Assembly (NCBI RefSeq): GCF_001194135.2
Contig: NC_068981.1
Location: 20,754,042 to 20,818,041, forward strand
Source of the DNA: Octopus bimaculoides
Lineage: Eukaryota
Reading direction: 5' to 3'
Length of the DNA stretch: 64,000 bases
Below the pieces are notes generated by a model that was not told where the DNA came from, ran no database searches, and saw only the letters and a list, made by a program, of their open reading frames with translations. Positions 1-14,316 of this stretch are shown here, in pieces; positions within the stretch are counted from its first letter, which is position 1, and each line of letters begins with the position of its first letter. Both the position numbers and the translations under genes were made by a program.

Positions 1-3000
1 CCAAGTAAAATTGATGTCATCCATACATACAGGCTTATCCTTTACAGGTGCCGGTGCCACATAAAATGCACTTGTGTCAATACTGTGTAAACGCACCCAT
101 GCCGGTGGTACATAAAAAGCATCCAGCACACTCTGTAAAGTGGTTGACATTAGGGAGGGCATCCATCCATAGAAACTATGCCACAACAGACAATTTGGAA
201 TCTGAAGAGCTCCCCAGCTGGAAAGCTCCTGTCAAACTGTCCAACCCATGCCAGTATCGAAAACAGACATTAAACAATGATGATGATAATATACATAGGT
301 AAGAAGTTTTAACTCAACAGAGGATATCTTAAGTCATTCATTTCAATTAAGGTGTAAGTAACAAAAGAGCTACATGAAAATTGACAAACGACTATAAATA
401 ATTCAAATCAGCAAGAAAAGTCCCTTGTGAAAGAAAAGAGCTGAAAAATTCGACATGCCCACATTAAATAAGCTATAGTTATACTGCATGACAGCTTTAC
501 AAGTTTCTCACATATACATAACTAATTGCTATTCATTTTCTGGGTTTTTGCTCTAGATCATAAACAAAAAATTTCAATAAAGTACAAGACAGTGTTAAAT
601 GGTGGTGGGGTAGCCTATTTACTGGTGGTTCAGTGACTATAAGATTGCCTACTACTTTTCAAATGATGTAAGGGTAAGTTGTTCGGTTCATTCAATATAA
701 AGTTTATAAATGTTGATACGACAGAATTAGTAGAACTTATAGATAGGTGATCAATTGCCATAGTATCTTGTAAATGTCTTAAATACCAAATGAACTCTCA
801 ATGCAGGTACTTACACAAAAGGTACAGTACAGCGATAGCAGGCCAAATGAATTGACCTCGCGTGCTGGATCTGGCCTGTGGGCTATAGTTTGGTTACCAC
901 TGTGCTATAGGTACAAGGCCTAAAATTTGGGGGGAGGGAACTAGTCAACTCCAGTGCACCACAGATATTTATTTCATCGAATACTGAAAGGATGAAAAGC
1001 AAAGGTGACCATAACACAATTTTAACTCATCTTGTAAAGACAAACAAAATGCCACTAAGCATTTGGTCTGGTATGCTGACAATTCTGCCAGCTCACCACC
1101 TTAATAATAATAATAATAATGGTTTCAAATTTAGCACAAGGCCATCATGTTCAGAGGAGAGAGCAAGTTAATTACATCAACCTCAGTGCTCATCATCATC
1201 ATCATCATCATTTAACATCCGTGTTCCATGCTAGCATGGGTGAGACAGTACCACAAGAGCTGGCTAGGCTAAAACCTGCACCAGATTCCTGTGACTGTTC
1301 TGGATACCCTTCCTAACACCAACCACTCAGCAGAGTGAACTTAGTGCTTTTTACATGGCCCAAGCACAGACAAGGTCAGTTTTGACAAGATTTTTGCAGC
1401 TGAATGCCCTTCTTAACACCAACCACTTTACAGTGTGGAGTGGGTGCGTTGAAGTGGCACCTGCACTAACAGGGTCACCAAGCACTTGCAAGACAAAAAC
1501 TTTTAAGCGGGGAGGAGGCATTGGAGTAGGTGATGATGAAAAGGTTGCAGTGAGACTGATACAGGTGTCTTGCTGTAGAGGAAGTACAAAGTTACTTGGC
1601 CAGAGAGAGAAATATCAGGAATGAAGACAGAAACAGGTGTGCTACCACAAAGGAAATACATGGCTGTCCAACCTGAGGGAAGTGCAGGAGAAGGAGAGAG
1701 GGGGGAGGGGGAGGAGAGAGAGACTGCAGGATGTAGAGGGTGGCAAAATGCTGGGCATACTCAAAAGGAACAGGGGCCAGAGTATAAATGAGATGGTTGA
1801 GTAAAGGAAGAGAGAGATAGAGATAGTGGCAAGTGCCAGGGCATACCCTTGAGGCTCAAATGCCATAATATAAGTGACAGGATATTGCAAAGGGAGTGTG
1901 ATTAAAGAGTGCAAGTAAGTGGTGAAAGACCTGGGTATAAATACAGTTGGAGGGGCTACCGGATAGCAATGATACAGAGGAACGGGGTTTGAGGACAGGA
2001 TTGGGGAGTGAGAGGAAATGTGAGAAAGAGATGTAGATTGGTTAGTTGGGGTAGGGTGAGAGAAAAGTTTTCTTGTTACATGTGGGTGGAACACCCAGGT
2101 CAGGGGCTAGCAGGTAGCAATAATAGAGTGAGACAAGGTATGTGGGTAGAACGCACACGTCAGGGGCAAGCAGAGAGTAATGATACAGTGGCACCGGGCC
2201 AAGGTACTAATTTTATTGACCCCAAAAAAAGGAAATATAAATTCATCCTTGGCAGAATTTAAGCTCAGCATATAAAGACAGACAAAATGCTGCTAAGTAT
2301 TTTGTCTGGCATGTTAACAGTTTTGTCAGCTTGCTGCCTTTAAAAGGTGAGAGTTTCATGCAAATAATAATGATAGTTTATAATTTAGGCACAGCAATTT
2401 TTGAGAAGGGTGAGGGAAGGAGGTTAGCCAATTACATTAATCCAAGTATTTACAATTTATCAACCCTGGACAGGATGATCAGCAAAGTTGATTTGATAGG
2501 ATTTGAACTCTTGACATAAAAATCCTAAACAACTACTGCCAGGCATTTGTCTACTGCCAATTCATCATCTTAATAATAAGAAAGATGATAATTCCTAACA
2601 ATAGAAGACAACAAAATTTGAAGGAAGGAACAATCCTCTGAGAAAAATAACATAAGATATTTTTCCAATAGTAGAGGGAAGAGCCAAAAACTATTAAAGT
2701 ATCTTGACCAAGGAAAAAAAATGTGATGTCAATTATGAGTTGATCTCATAATCTATAAGTGTATCCTATTAATTACCTATGAGCCACAAGAGTTCATATA
2801 ACCAATGCTAAAATCTGAATAATGTAATATTAAGAGGATGTGAGATATATCCCCTGGGAAAGGTTGCCAGATCTAATGCCTGCAGTTTAGTGAACAGACA
2901 TAATTAAAATTAAGTGCTCTCTCACTATCTAGTATCATTAAATCTATTGCATTTTGATAAATTAGTCCAAAACCAAAAAAGCTACTCATGCCATTATCAA

Positions 3001-3645
3001 ACGAGCTAGTAGTAATGGTAAGATATATTTGCTAATAAGTCTATAATATAGATTGACACTTGTATGTCTGTACCTTACCAATAATCATTAATGAAAATAA
3101 CGAATATAATAAATTCTAGGTAAAAACGTTTACTAATTTATCCTGCATTCAGAACATTCTAAAATCTAGGCCTCTTCATAGACATAAACATCTAGAGAAT
3201 ATAAACAAGAAAAGTTTTGTCAGATACCCTCCCTAGTGCCAACTACCATCTCTACTCCCCTAACAGTTTATAATTTTAGTAGAAATTTAATGGTCTTATG
3301 ATATTTCATAGCAATATTTCAGCAAAATAGTGATGACTTGTTAACAAAGCAATCAGTTGGGTATGAAACATTTTATTATTTGTTTCACAGCAAAGAACTA
3401 GAGACACCAGAGAGACATGCTAGCATAAATTAGTAATAAACTTCTATCATCTACATAAATTTTCAAAGGCCAACATTTATTGTGTGGTTGTGACATTTTA
3501 GATTCATTCTGGATCATACAGTCATTCACTGATTGTTTCCACAACAGATTTCTCCATGTTCTATTGACCAGAAACAGAAATCAAGACTAATTAATCAATT
3601 CATGTAAAGTACCGAAGAATTCAACATAAACTGCTGCTGCTGCTG

Positions 3646-3830
3646 CTGTTGTTAGGTAACAACAGTTACCACAAACACATACATAGATATTGTTTTTAGG
3701 TAACAATAACACTGCATACACCATTCAATGTTGTTGTTAGCTAACAACAACAAAACTACACACACCATTCAATGTTTTTATTGTTAGCTAACAGCAACAA
3801 CACACACCCGATACAATATTGTCTTTAAAT
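3646..3830. repeat. Degenerate 4-unit minisatellite (41-47 bp period) with palindromic cores
   Basis: Cores TTAG(G/C)TAAC at 3652, 3696, 3737 and 3784; perfect 24-bp palindrome at 3729-3752. Confidence 0.8.
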
Positions 3831-4738
3831 GTCACAATAAATACAGCCATCCACTAAACTACCACATTGCTTTGGCTTCAATCAATGTATTTTATCTAAG
3901 TGTGCGACTAGGGGGTACATGTGTGTGGTTGTGTTTACACAGACAGAATGAAAGAACAGCCGACAACCCATGCTACTCTGAAGAGAGAATATAATAACGT
4001 AGTGATGATGGTGTTTGGGAGATTTTAATTGCTAACCTTATGGTCAAGACCAGTAATTACATGTCCCTTAACCTACCTTAATTCTGTTCCCTATAAATGG
4101 CCAACCAACGACATAGTCTCATTGAAAGGTCATATACCTAAGTCAGGCATTATGTGTGTACACCCCCCCCCCACACACACACACAAAACACAGCACCTTT
4201 CCCAAGACATTGCTAAAGTTCACTACATTCAATGTGTTTCTTCCTGTTTCTTGAGTAACGCTGTGATGGACTGGCATCCCGTCCAGCTGGGGGAACACAT
4301 ACACCATAAAAACCGGGAAACCGGGCCCATGAGCCTGGCTAGGCTTTGAAAGGACGACGTTTATCATTATTGCAAGAAACAGCTAAATCTCTTTCTCAAA
4401 TGTTTTACATAGTTCAACCTACACAAGTTAATGTGTAAATAATAAAACAGGGATCTTGAAAGAAGTATCTATAAAACTAGTTTTTAAACGTCAAATGGAT
4501 ATGGAGACCCACCAGAATAAAATAGTAATCAAAGGGGACCATAGGTAAAAAAAAAAGTGGCTGGGAACCACTGAGTTAAACTATAAAATAGTGAGTTGTA
4601 TGACTAGGTGGACACACAGGCAAGACAAGTAACAGAATACAAACTAATAAACTATTCTGACAGTAGCTTGATGAACTATAATCCTTGACAATACCTTGAC
4701 ATCCTATCAACTCTGCCAGCTACAACTCTCCATGTAAA

Positions 4739-4775
<37 letters not shown>

Positions 4776-5263
4776 TATATGAACATAGAAAGACACGCAA
4801 ACTAAAAATATATACAGAGTCACACTAAGTACAATAATGTTGGATCCTTTTTCTTCTCTATCTATTTCTACCTTCCTAATATCTAACTTCTTACTCGGAT
4901 AAATATTATCTTTAATTCAATTCAAAAGATATTTTTACACATGAAGCAACAAGATTGAACTCTGGCCAAGATAGAGTTTAGGCTGCATTTATGCTGAGTA
5001 TGTGCATGACTTCAAAGAGAGAGAGAGAGTGAGAGTGAGACATGTCTAGGTATTGCTCGAGGTGCTAGAAATAGCAGTCAATTTTCACTCAAATCACACC
5101 TGACTTCTCTAAAAGAAAAAAGAAAACGTATTCAGTATAATGTAGTTCAAGAAACATTACACTTTAAACAAACACAAATTATCTTAAAGGCTTGTCCAAT
5201 CAAGGTCGACTTGGGGCTAAACAATATGAAGCAACATGACCAAAATCCAAGCAGTGTTTAGAC

Positions 5264-5589
5264 CAGGGCTGGCCAACCTGAGGCCCATGGGTTACATGCG
5301 GCCCACAGACTTTTATCTTGCAGCCCACTTGATACTATCTTGAAATGGGTATATTTAAACAAACATTTTAAAAACTTTATCAAAAAAGATTGTAATGAAA
5401 ACAAAAAAGAAAGATACTACTGTTTTTGCAACGATACTATTTCATGTTGAATCAACGATCATTCACTCATTAATGTAAAAATAGCATGTGAAAGCAAAAT
5501 GCTTTGAATTTTGTAAGTAGATAAGTGGCCCTCAAAAAATTTTCGGTGATTAAAGTGGCCTGCAATGTAATTCAAGTTGGTCAGGCCTG
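5264..5589. mobile_element. hAT-family MITE
   Basis: TIRs CAGGGCTGGCCAAC / GTTGGTCAGGCCTG (12/14 match); 8-bp TSD GTTTAGAC / GCTTAGAC. Confidence 0.88.
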
Positions 5590-6239
5590 GCTTAGACACT
5601 TTGGAGACATCAATTCACTCTATTCTAATTCCAATTTGTATACAACAAGTATTAGAAAACTTTAGTTATGACAGTTAATTTATAAGAAAATAAACACTCC
5701 AGGGTATGACTTTAAACAGTATCTGGTAGTGGAACCCTGGCTCAGGAGTTGCAGGGTTTTGAGGAGTGTATAACCACCTCTTACCACTATTATTCCCATG
5801 TCTACTCCAACTTGGAGCAGTAGCATCTATCAGGGTCCCAGCTATAGGTTAATTAGTATGTCATGGAATTGCCTCTAGAAGACCCAGGGGAGATAGGGTT
5901 TTTCAGCTTCTTAGCTACTCAACTAAAAGACAGTAACTCCATTCAAATCTTGCATCCTGATAACTACTGGGCTCACTGCAGTTGTTGCATTAGATCAATA
6001 CAAGTTTGAAAAGCAAAATAGAGGGATTGACTCTGCCCAAACCATGCTCACTATAATAAGGAATCCCTGTTGTCTTGTGGGGTAATTTATTGAGCATTAA
6101 AAAAGGCTAAGGGAATAGACCCCTGTAGAAAATCCATGACCCAAAGATAGATATGTATGGTTATACTTAACCAATATCTGATCTCCCTTGTAACTCCATG
6201 GATGTTGTAAACAAAAAAATAGAGATTGCTCATTTATGA

Positions 6240-7490
6240 GATCTATTTTGGCAGAGAAGTTTTGCCACATATCACCCATTGATGTTCACTTACACTGGGA
6301 TTGTTAGGACAAGATTTACAAGTTTCCCTTTTGGCTCTACTATACCAATTCATGAATATTCAAAGGCCTTGGAGCCCCTGGTGCTTGCTTTCTTCCAAGC
6401 AGAACTGTCTCAAGCAAGATTCTTCTATGAATATAGGTTAGTCTCGCAGTCTTTTAAGGTTGCTTTCAGTGCATCTCTGAATTTTTTATGAGATGCATCA
6501 ATACTACATTTGAAAACTCAGAATTGAATATTACTTTTGGCAATCTTCTATTCTGGCATTCTGACAACATGTCCAGCCCAGCACAACTGGATTTGCTTGA
6601 GCTAAGCAAACAAACTGGGTGCATTTTCACATCTGAGAACTTCTGCATTGGGAATTCTATCCTGCAGCTTTATGCCAAGAATTTTCTTCAAGCAAGACAT
6701 GTTGAAATAGTTGAGCTTTTTAAAATGAAATTAGTACACTGTCTAAGTTTCAGCTCCATTGAGAAGAGTTAGAAGGATGACAGTATTGTAAACTCTAACT
6801 TTGATATCAATGCGAATACCCAGGCAGTCCCAGGCTTTATGCTGTAGTTTTCCAAAAGCTCCACTTGCCTGACTAATACATGATGACACTCTAGTATCAG
6901 TGTAGACATTTGCAGATTGTGTACTTCCAAGATATATTCAAGTGTCAACATTTTTCAGTTCATTTCCATTAATTTTATTCTGTAACACACACAATGTGCA
7001 TGTCCTAAGATAGGTCTATGCAAGACTCCTGTTTTTGCAATATCAATTAGTGAGGCCAACATTGCTGCAGGCCTTTGAGAATTGGTCAACACATGCTTGC
7101 ATGCTGGGTTTATTTTGTGCAAGCAGCCTACAATCATCTGCAACAGTAGTTCATTGAAAACCTTGATTTTTGCCTGTAATCTCTGAAGATTGAACAACTT
7201 GCCATCATGTCTGTGCTTAGTGTCAATTCCAGGTGAAAATATTCTGAAAGTCTCTTTCAACATGGCAGAAAATATGATAGTAAAAATCGCAGGTGCTAAG
7301 ACACAACCCTATTTCACACCATAAACAACAGATAAAAATGTCCTCATTGCTCCTAAAACTCACCAGCATACCATCATAGAAATGGAACACCATACACATG
7401 AATACATGTAGACAACCATATTTGACAAGGTTTCTCCATAACCACCATGATATACTGTGATGACTTTTTGAGATCAACAAAAGTCATATA
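6240..7490 (-). mobile_element. Decayed RTE-clade (BovB-like) LINE, RT and C-terminal part
   Basis: Frameshifted fragments such as DGKLFNLQRLQAKIKV, LVKYGC...FYDGMLVSFRSN, RLPKVIF.SE and DALKATLKDCE resemble RTE ORF2. Confidence 0.85.
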
Positions 7491-7769
7491 TTCTACTCAG
7501 TACACTTCTAGATCTGTCTCACTGTAACTATATTATAGTGCTCCATTCACAACAGAAACCACACTGGCTTTCTGGAAGGAGATTGTTAGTGGTGATATAT
7601 AGAGGCAATTCAGGAGACTTCTTGTCAAGATTTTACCAGCAACTAACAAGAGAAAAATATCTTAATAATTGTGACACATACATGTGATGAGTTAAACAGA
7701 CAGCTTCAACACACATGCTGCTATTAATTTCATAACTTCATACAGCAGAATGTATTGTATGTGTGTGTA

Positions 7770-7812
<43 letters not shown>

Positions 7813-8464
7813 ACTTTTATATATTATGGAAACAGCTGTTACCATACATAGGGCTGACTTAGATTAGATATAGAACAAGAAACTACAATTGGTTGATCAT
7901 AATTAAAAAATACCATGCATGGAAAACAAGAGTGTATAAAAGGAATGAAATGAGATGTCCCAACCAGGGAAAGTTATCTGGGACCAATTAAGGAACTCAC
8001 AAATCCAGGATTATCCTGACTATCAAGGAGCAGGTGCCTCAGCTGTGATCTCCAATCTAACAACAAACCCTGAGAGTAAACCTATTTACTTGAGCCAGTT
8101 TCACTACTCTCCAATGAATTCCAGCACATTTACTGCAGAGCAGCACCTCTCACTTCATTCTCATCTTCCCCCTAAGTTGATGAAAGTTTAGTCAAGAGAA
8201 AAGTATCAGTACTCTCTCTCCCTTCAGTCTTGTTCATTATATAATCTATTTTGCTATAGCCATCAGACAGAGCAAAACTGCCTGCTCTTATCGGCCGAAG
8301 GCAGAAGGCTGAGTATACCTCACAGCTGATAGCTGGATCTGGCCTAGTAACAACTACTATTTAACATAACTCCACAAGTCAGCAATGCTCAGACACTAAA
8401 CAGATGCTTACACAAGTTTCGCCATTCTACACACATCTTGGACCGGCCTGGCTGATAGCACTAC

Positions 8465-8622
8465 CATCATCATCATCATCATCATCATTTAACGTCCGCT
8501 TTCCATGCTAGCATGGGTTGGACGATTTGACTGAGGACTGGTGAACCAGATGGCTACACCAGCTGGATGACCTTCCTAACGCCAACCACTCCGAGAGTGT
8601 AGTGGGTGCTTTTATGTGCCAT
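8465..8622 (-). mobile_element. RTE-tail SINE-like repeat with (GAT)n tail; other copies at about 1190-1500, 15720-16400, 32500-32880, 35660-35880, 38300-38400, 39110-39400, 40940-41155, 41715-41900 and 43444-43740; opposite orientation at 1-290, 17040-17235, 24080-24240, 27380-27625 and 60650-60880
   Basis: The shared block catcatcatcgtttaacgtccgctttccatgctagcatgggttggacg...gcccttcctaacgccaaccact is seen repeatedly in the window. Confidence 0.85.
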
Positions 8623-10849
8623 CATGCCTACAGAATTTATTTTGAACCAACAAAGTTCCCTAAAAGCACTGTCAGGTTATAAAGTTTGTCCATAGTCCAC
8701 AGCTGAAAGTCTTTCCTCAATGCAAAGACATTTCCATAGAATATCTTTACCTTGCTCCCCACTTAACCTTTTCAGAATGTTAAGGTTGAAGTACCACCAG
8801 CTTAGTAACGAACTGTGAATACCTGACAACATTCCAATGCCAAGTGCCCAATTTTTGTCACTGCTTGACCCAGGGTTGCAGATCTATCCAAGAAATAAGG
8901 AGTAAAAAAAAAACATGCCTCACAAATAGCAACCACATTTTCTTAACATTTAGGACTCTCTGAAGATGCCACAGCATCAGTGTAAGCACATATACCAAGT
9001 TATCCATGCAGAGAATGTTGGTGGCAAATGGAGTTTCTGACCAGTGGGATGTGAAAGAAGCAAGAAAGAACAGATGCTCCAGTCCTGTCGGATGAAAACC
9101 ATGCAAAGATATAACATTCAGGTAGTAATAGATAATGGAGTTATGGTCACCACCACTGTTTGCACATTTCTTAGTGAGATTAGCTACCTTGTTCATAACC
9201 TCAAAAATAAAAATCATCATCTTCCATGCTCACATTAGTTGAATGGTTTGATAATATCTTGCAAGCCACAGAACTGCATCATGCTCCAATGTCTACTTTG
9301 GCATGATTTCTACAGCTGGATGCCTCCCTAACAACCACCACTTTACAGTGTGTACTGCATGCTTTTTTCATGCCACCAGCACTAGTGAGGTTGTTAATCA
9401 ACTTGCATGGCAGGAAAGGAACAAGAAAAGGAAAAAGAAAAAGTTCCCTTGACTTTAAATAGCTACAACTTCAACTCTCCCTTAATTTGGAACAATTGTT
9501 GCATGAGAAAACACTTCAGTTGTAACAAATACAGCTAGGTTTAACAAGAAACATAGCTAAATCTAGCCTCAGTTTTTGAAGTATAATCTAGATGAGGCAA
9601 TAAACATTCTTATAATTAGTATAGCATAATGAAAGTAGATCAAACTTGAGTTTGTATATAAAGTTCTATATGTGACAGTAAATATAGCTAGAATTAGATA
9701 CTGTAACCCTAGATATGTCAGTGAACATAGCTACAGATATGTTGAAACAAAATTACTAAAAGTGTTTGAATTATCAAACACTGGGAAGAAAAATTAAATG
9801 TGTAACAATTACCTACAACTAGGTAGTAGACATAGCAGCTAAATCTCCTACATATCACATAGTAACATTTTTAAAAAAGGGAGACACTTGATAGTATGTC
9901 CTGAATGCACAATACTTGTGATCACATACCTACTCAATCTGGGCTAACCTGGGATTAAACAACAGTCATTGAAAAAGCTTAAAATAATTATGACAGAAAA
10001 CATTAAAACTGAAGCAATTTCTATAAGAGAAAATACTTTATCTGATTTGCATTAAGACCCTCTTTAAGTCTAACAGGATGTTTCCGTAAGTAGTTGACAA
10101 TTAACTCTCTTAATTCTGTCTACTATGCTGTCACTATATCGGCTTCTTCAGTCAATGATGCTAGGTCATAAGAAAACTGTCAATAAGATATCATGTCATT
10201 AATTCTTATGAAATCAATACAAGTAATCATCATCAAATGACATCCACTTTCCATGCTTGCATGGGTCAAACAGAATCTGTTGTGGCAGACATTTTATGGC
10301 CAGATACCCCTCTTTTCACCATCCCCTATTTGTTTGCAAGCGAGGTAATATTTTCCCATAGCTGGACATGTTTTTAATGGAAGACTCAAAACTAACACCC
10401 TCACATGTATGATAGTAATGCTCATTTACACCAATCACATGATGTCTAGTCAAGTGTACACACAAACATACACACACCCAAACACATGCACACATATGAC
10501 AGACTTCTTTCAGTTCCCACTTACAAGATTTTGGTCAGCCCAGGGCTACAGTAGTGCCACACAGTGAGACTGAACTAAAAAACCACATAGTTGGGAAGCA
10601 AGTCTCTTAACCTCACAGCAATCTCTGCACCTAGAGTAAATGAGTAATGATATCAAACTCTCTAAGAAATGCTAAACAAATTGTTGTTTTCATTAGAGTG
10701 TACAAAAGAAAATAAAACAGCAAAGAATCTGGCTTGTTTACCAAAACTGCATCAAAAGACTAAGATTCATCTTTAGAGACAAGGAAAACTTCAGCTTTGC
10801 CCTGATCAGTTACTAAACCTCAACAGAGTTTGAGTAAAAGACTCAAACT

Positions 10850-11240
10850 CACTCTAGAGTGCTGCTCCACGAGATGCTGCTACTACAAAATATGTGCAAA
10901 CTTCCTTAACAATATCCAAAACAAGATCATCTAACCAAGTGATAAATATCTACTCATCAACATACTACAACTTCCAGCTCACAGATACACTGTTGCCTCT
11001 GTCTATCACTTCCACAACTACTATAATAGCCTTCACTCTTCTGATCTACCTAACTGCATACTATCCTCAACCAGGTTTTCTAATCCTAACCATTTTCCCT
11101 CCTATCATTACCCTTACTGTATCTAAACTTCTAAACAGCATCCTTATCAAAACAGCATCCCTCTGAACCCCCCACCAACTCCCATGGTTTCCTACAGACA
11201 CTGATTTGCAGATGCTCTACCTGAACACTAAGTACATGTA
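10850..11240 (+). mobile_element. CR1-like LINE 3' remnant (similar remnant at 23560-23770)
   Basis: Degenerate HRR.V.SLCLFY.YYNG.CSSELA-type C-terminal motif, clearest in the 23.6-kb copy. Confidence 0.55.
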
Positions 11241-12796
11241 TGCCAGCAGTTTAGGGTTGCTTCAATCATTTGTTTGTAAATATTCATTATTGAATGACAC
11301 GAAAACAAGAATGACATAATCAACTTCAATAGCTAACAGTTGTTTCTGCTATAAGAAGCAGTGTATTCAAAGCTGCTAGGTGCATGAGCAACATCTTGTA
11401 GCTTCCTCAGAGCCAAGAAATTCAAGTGTGTGTTTATTTCAGAAAGTGCTTAAATACTTAAATATTGTAATATGGTTTGAGGGTGAGAAGCCACTCCCAG
11501 AAATATGCAGATTTAGATAAACATATGTATTCACATTTGTTTTAATAGCTAAACCATTCAGTTTACACAGAATTTAATGCAGGACATAAATCTTATCATG
11601 GCACAATTGTTCCAATTGTCAGCATTTCCCCTTCATATGATTATCTAGGTCTACAGCTATTCAATGTGTTCCTTTCTTATCTAAAATAGAACACAATAGA
11701 GTCATGTTAGAGATTTGGTTGCTATTTCTAGCATATTCCTTTCATTGGGCTCATGTACATGAGAGATAACACTGTACATAACACATTTGATAACATACTG
11801 CTAAAAAAAACTGGTGGCAGCAGAGGCTAGACTTCAAACAAAGTAATTGTAGAAGCAAGGTTTGACAAATGAAATTGTGTAGGATGAAAACTTTTGGTGT
11901 GAATGACGTAAAATGAATTTTTTAGTCAATGATGATGAGTCAGAATGCAATAGGTTAAACAAACTTGGTACCAAGTACACTAAATTTAATTCTTGCTCAT
12001 AAATATACTTCCCAACAGTTAAATATTTATAGCTAAATTAGGCTTAACATAGTTAAATGCTGAGAGAACATAAAAAAAAGCTCGCTCTCTCTCTCTCTCT
12101 CTGATATACATATACACATTTATGTTGTAGATATGAGCGTAAATTGATGTATTGCTGCATATATGCTAAGGCATTGACATTCTTACAGAGGATGTTGACC
12201 TAAGGAAGTCTTTTAGAAAGGGTAGTAAATATCTCTGTGGCAAAACAGGGAAACAGAAGAAACAATAAAGCTGTAACAGATTTCAATGAAAAGTAGTAGA
12301 TAAAACTACAAGATGCCAAGATGTTATATTGGATAAAAGTTTGACAATAGAATTATTATGAAGCAGGGACCTATCCCTCACTAAAAGTTTTACTGGCTAA
12401 ATCCTTTGTCTGAAAAGCACCCACTGACAACTCAATGAAGGAGTGTCAATGTGTTTGTCTGGGCTGCTAGAACTAGCAGCCTAATCCCCCTCAAATCACA
12501 TCTAATCCTCTTAAAAAAATAAAAACACAGTGGACTGTGTGTGTGTGTGTATGTGTGTGTATTTACAGAGAGTGAGAGTTGTGTTAATGTTTGCTTTTTT
12601 ATGTAAAGTTATGGATAAAAACAGTAAATCATTAAATTGAAAATCACTTAATAATTTGCAGTTTATATTTATATATTTTTACAAGAAGTTGACAGTCTGA
12701 TGTGATCAGTTAGATGCTGGCAAGTAAGCCTAAACTTAGAAGTCATTATCACCTTTTCCTTATAAAATTACACACACGTATCTGGTAGCTGTTTAT

Positions 12797-12827
<31 letters not shown>

Positions 12828-12925
12828 CAATATCTGTAAACAAACGATGGGGTTGGCTCATCGTTTTTCAGTCATGTGTTTGTATTTAAAAATTGTCGCT
12901 TCAAATCAGAGAATAAAATATTATG

Positions 12926-13037
<112 letters not shown>

Positions 13038-14037
13038 CACACACACACAGACAAACATGTATTCATATAAGCCTATACACACAGACACAATAATCATGTG
13101 CTTCCACATAAAACAAGTGCATAAGAATTTGAACACACTCAAACACATACACAAGGAGATAGGCAGACAGAGACTAACAGGAAGGGAACATGGTCATTTC
13201 ATTAGTTCACAGACATTAAGGCGGTGCTCCAGCATGGCCACAATCAGATAACTGAAACAAGTAAAAGAATATCATCAGTCCATGACTCAGTACTCTACAA
13301 TCTATCAAAAATACCACTACTATTACAACTACTACAAAGTGTAGCAGCAGCAGCCTTAATAGTAGTGGTGGTAGAACAATTGTATACTAATGAGGGCGTC
13401 AACCAAAATATAAAGCTAAGTTATAATTAAAGAGAATAGGGTTAACTGAGTAACAGCTTTTGGAGACATGCTAGAGGACAGTATTATTATTATTTTTATT
13501 ATCATCATCATTATTACCTCTCACCCCAAACTCAAGGGAGAATAGTGACAAACACACACTGATCACATGGTGATAGGCATTGTAATCTTTCCTTTTAAAA
13601 TACGATTTATTTTATCCTCTTTATTTCATCAAGAGTACATATCTACTATCTACCTACACCATATGTGTACAGGTGCATGTGTGCGTATATATATATATAC
13701 ACACACACACATATATGCACATCTATATATATGCACATATATATAACTATTTATACACACACACACAGAGTTTCATAGATGTAAAACATCCATGTTAAAA
13801 TCAAAATAAATGGTATTTAAAATAAGTTCAAAAGTGGTTGTGTGTGCATATACATACACATATATAATTATACAGTTATATACACATACATATACATACA
13901 TACAAATATATATATATATACACACAATATGTATATTGTGTATATCATGGAGGTGACGACAAAAGACTGGGATGACTAGCAATATGCAGTTCTTGAGAAG
14001 ACCTAACCATCTTGACAAAACCCAGTTCTAGTAGAGC

Positions 14038-14068
<31 letters not shown>

Positions 14069-14316
14069 GTGTATCAACAGTTCTCAACCATGGATCCCAG
14101 GGACACATGCGGCCCTTAAGCATCCTTCCGTCAGCCCCTGACAGTTATCCCTCTTCAGAGATAATAAATTTTTCTTTAATTGACTTGTGTTTTACATTTT
14201 TTCATGCAGCCCCTAAAAAAATGCAGGTTTTGGATCTGGCCTGGATATTAAAAATATATATATATATCGTTTAACGTCCGCTTTCCATGCTAGCATGGGT
14301 TATATATATATATATA

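Noticed and set aside
3646-3830. CRISPR-like look (palindromic repeats with short spacers)
   Set aside because: Eukaryotic context, repeats not identical, spacers related to one another and no cas genes.
10077-10085. Possible 9-nt plus-strand microexon (ctaacag|GATGTTTCC|gtaagt)
   Set aside because: Weak polypyrimidine tract, competing upstream AGs and no plus-strand host gene identified; likely chance.
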